Source: an uncultured delta proteobacterium
GTDB taxonomy: Bacteria; Myxococcota_A; Polyangia; Polyangiales; Polyangiaceae
Reading direction: 5' to 3'
Length of the DNA stretch: 64,000 bases
NCBI GenBank assembly: GCA_963806225.1
Contig: CAWDXG010000004.1
Location: forward strand, 1,120,001 to 1,184,000
In this document: positions 62,967 through 64,000 of the stretch, one piece after another
Numbering within the stretch: position 1 is the stretch's first letter
How the letters are laid out: each line of letters opens with the position of its first letter
Position numbers and translations under genes: made by a program
The notes under the pieces: generated by a model
Databases searched by the model: none
Seen by the model: the letters and a program-made list of their open reading frames with translations, nothing else
What the model was told of the DNA's origin: nothing

Positions 62967-63509
62967 CTATCTAGAAGCGCTGGCGAGGGCTGCTTCCAGC
63001 TGTCGGGGGCTCTGCATCCCCACCTTCCGCCAGACCTCGCGCCCATCGCGGTCGAGCACCACCACGGTGGGGACGACGTGGACCGCGCCGAAAGGGCCGT
63101 CGCCCAGGCGCGTGCCTGCGTCCGCGATGGCCACCGGATAGGACAGGTGCAGCGTGGAACGGAACACGTCCGCGAACATGGCGTTCTGTTCCGGCTCCAG
63201 CACGATCGCACCGCCGTTCGCCCGCGGCCGGAACGCGCGCAGGACTTCATCGAGCTTCTGCGCCACGAGCTGGCAGACGGGATCGTAGGTGGTCACGAAC
63301 AGCACCACGGTGGCCCGCCCGCGCGTCGTGTCGCTGCTGAACACCCCACCCCCGGTGGTCCGGTAGGAAAAGAGGATCGGCGTGCCGTGGGCATGGCCGA
63401 CGCTCGATACCTGCGGGCTCTGTGCCGCACCGCCGCCACAGCCGCCTGCCATCAGAGGGGCAAGCCACAGAGCGTGAGGCAGTAGCCGGGCACGGAACGG
63501 CACGGGCAC
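62967..63509 (-). CDS. TlpA/thioredoxin-like lipoprotein with DxxC in place of CxxC
   Basis: AGGC lipobox; RGRATVVLFVTTYDPVCQ; VPTVVVLDRDGREVWRKVG. Confidence 0.7.
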   Translation of the reverse strand: MPVPFRARLLPHALWLAPLMAGGCGGGAAQSPQVSSVGHAHGTPILFSYRTTGGGVFSSDTTRGRATVVLFVTTYDPVCQLVAQKLDEVLRAFRPRANGGAIVLEPEQNAMFADVFRSTLHLSYPVAIADAGTRLGDGPFGAVHVVPTVVVLDRDGREVWRKVGMQSPRQLEAALASASR

Positions 63510-63514
63510 GGCGC

Positions 63515-64000
63515 TCAGAGAGGCGGCGGTGGCAGGGTACCCCCCGCTCCGGGCCCGAACAGATCCGCGAAAACCTTGAGCGCCTCCGGGATGACGCGGC
63601 CGTTGCGCTGGTGGGCCAGAACGGCGTGCGCCAGCTGGTCGACCAGCGGCTTGAGCGGAGTGCTCTCCATGACCGCTTCGCCCAGCGTATCGCCGGGACG
63701 TGGTGCGTTGCGACGGTCGACGATGGGATCGTGCTTGACCCACTCGAAGCCGCCGGCGGGGCGGTAGCCGCAGGCCAGCACCTGCACGAAATCCAGATAC
63801 AGCGGCGTGACGATGGCGGCGACGCGCAAGCCGGCGCCGCGTGACCCCGCAGAGCGCGCTGGCCGCCACGCGCGGCGTTGCCGCGACGTCGGCGGGACCG
63901 ATCGCCTCGGTGATGCGCGCGCGACGCTCCGGATCGGACTCGACGGCGAGCAGCGGAGCGTAGACCGCAATGCGTGGAACGTTCGCGCGCTCGGCATCGT
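63515..64000 (-). CDS. Hypothetical protein, 3' part (runs off window, probably frameshifted)
   Basis: Coding-like C-terminus VAAIVTPLYLDFVQVLAC..LKVFADLFGP. Confidence 0.45.
   Translation of the reverse strand, partial: TMPSARTFHALRSTLRCSPSSPIRSVARASPRRSVPPTSRQRRAWRPARSAGSRGAGLRVAAIVTPLYLDFVQVLACGYRPAGGFEWVKHDPIVDRRNAPRPGDTLGEAVMESTPLKPLVDQLAHAVLAHQRNGRVIPEALKVFADLFGPGAGGTLPPPPL

Overview
64-kb window of a very GC-rich, gene-dense chromosome, most likely Myxococcota (Polyangiaceae/Sorangium-like), judged from a MYXO-CTERM tail, a DUF4388 response regulator, Hanks kinases, TPR/PEGA proteins and Cys/Gly-rich lipoproteins. About 60 CDSs are recognisable. Many carry single-base frameshifts, densest in the first 7 kb, which look like long-read consensus errors rather than pseudogenes. 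Housekeeping and metabolic genes: GMC oxidoreductase, TrmJ-like methylase, ltaE, larB/larC, pmbA, scpA/scpB, MaoC hydratase, parvulin, two acyl-CoA dehydrogenases, gcvT/gcvH/gcvPA, rubrerythrin-FeS oxidoreductase-DUF3501, argG. Envelope and signalling loci: an FHA-PP2C-ABC permease run, two membrane Ser/Thr kinase modules, an orphan SctT/FliR gene, a fimU-pilV-pilW-pilX-pilY1 operon with a sigma54-type promoter, a dual amidase/NlpC-P60 lipoprotein with a sigma54-type promoter, a MYXO-CTERM glycosidase, and tandem DUF72 genes beside a perfect 18-bp palindrome. No rRNA, tRNA, CRISPR array or mobile element was recognised. Best candidate for an undescribed system: the kinase / TPR-PEGA / 8-Cys-repeat lipoprotein module (38963-42686). 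All calls come from motif recognition by eye; no searches were run.
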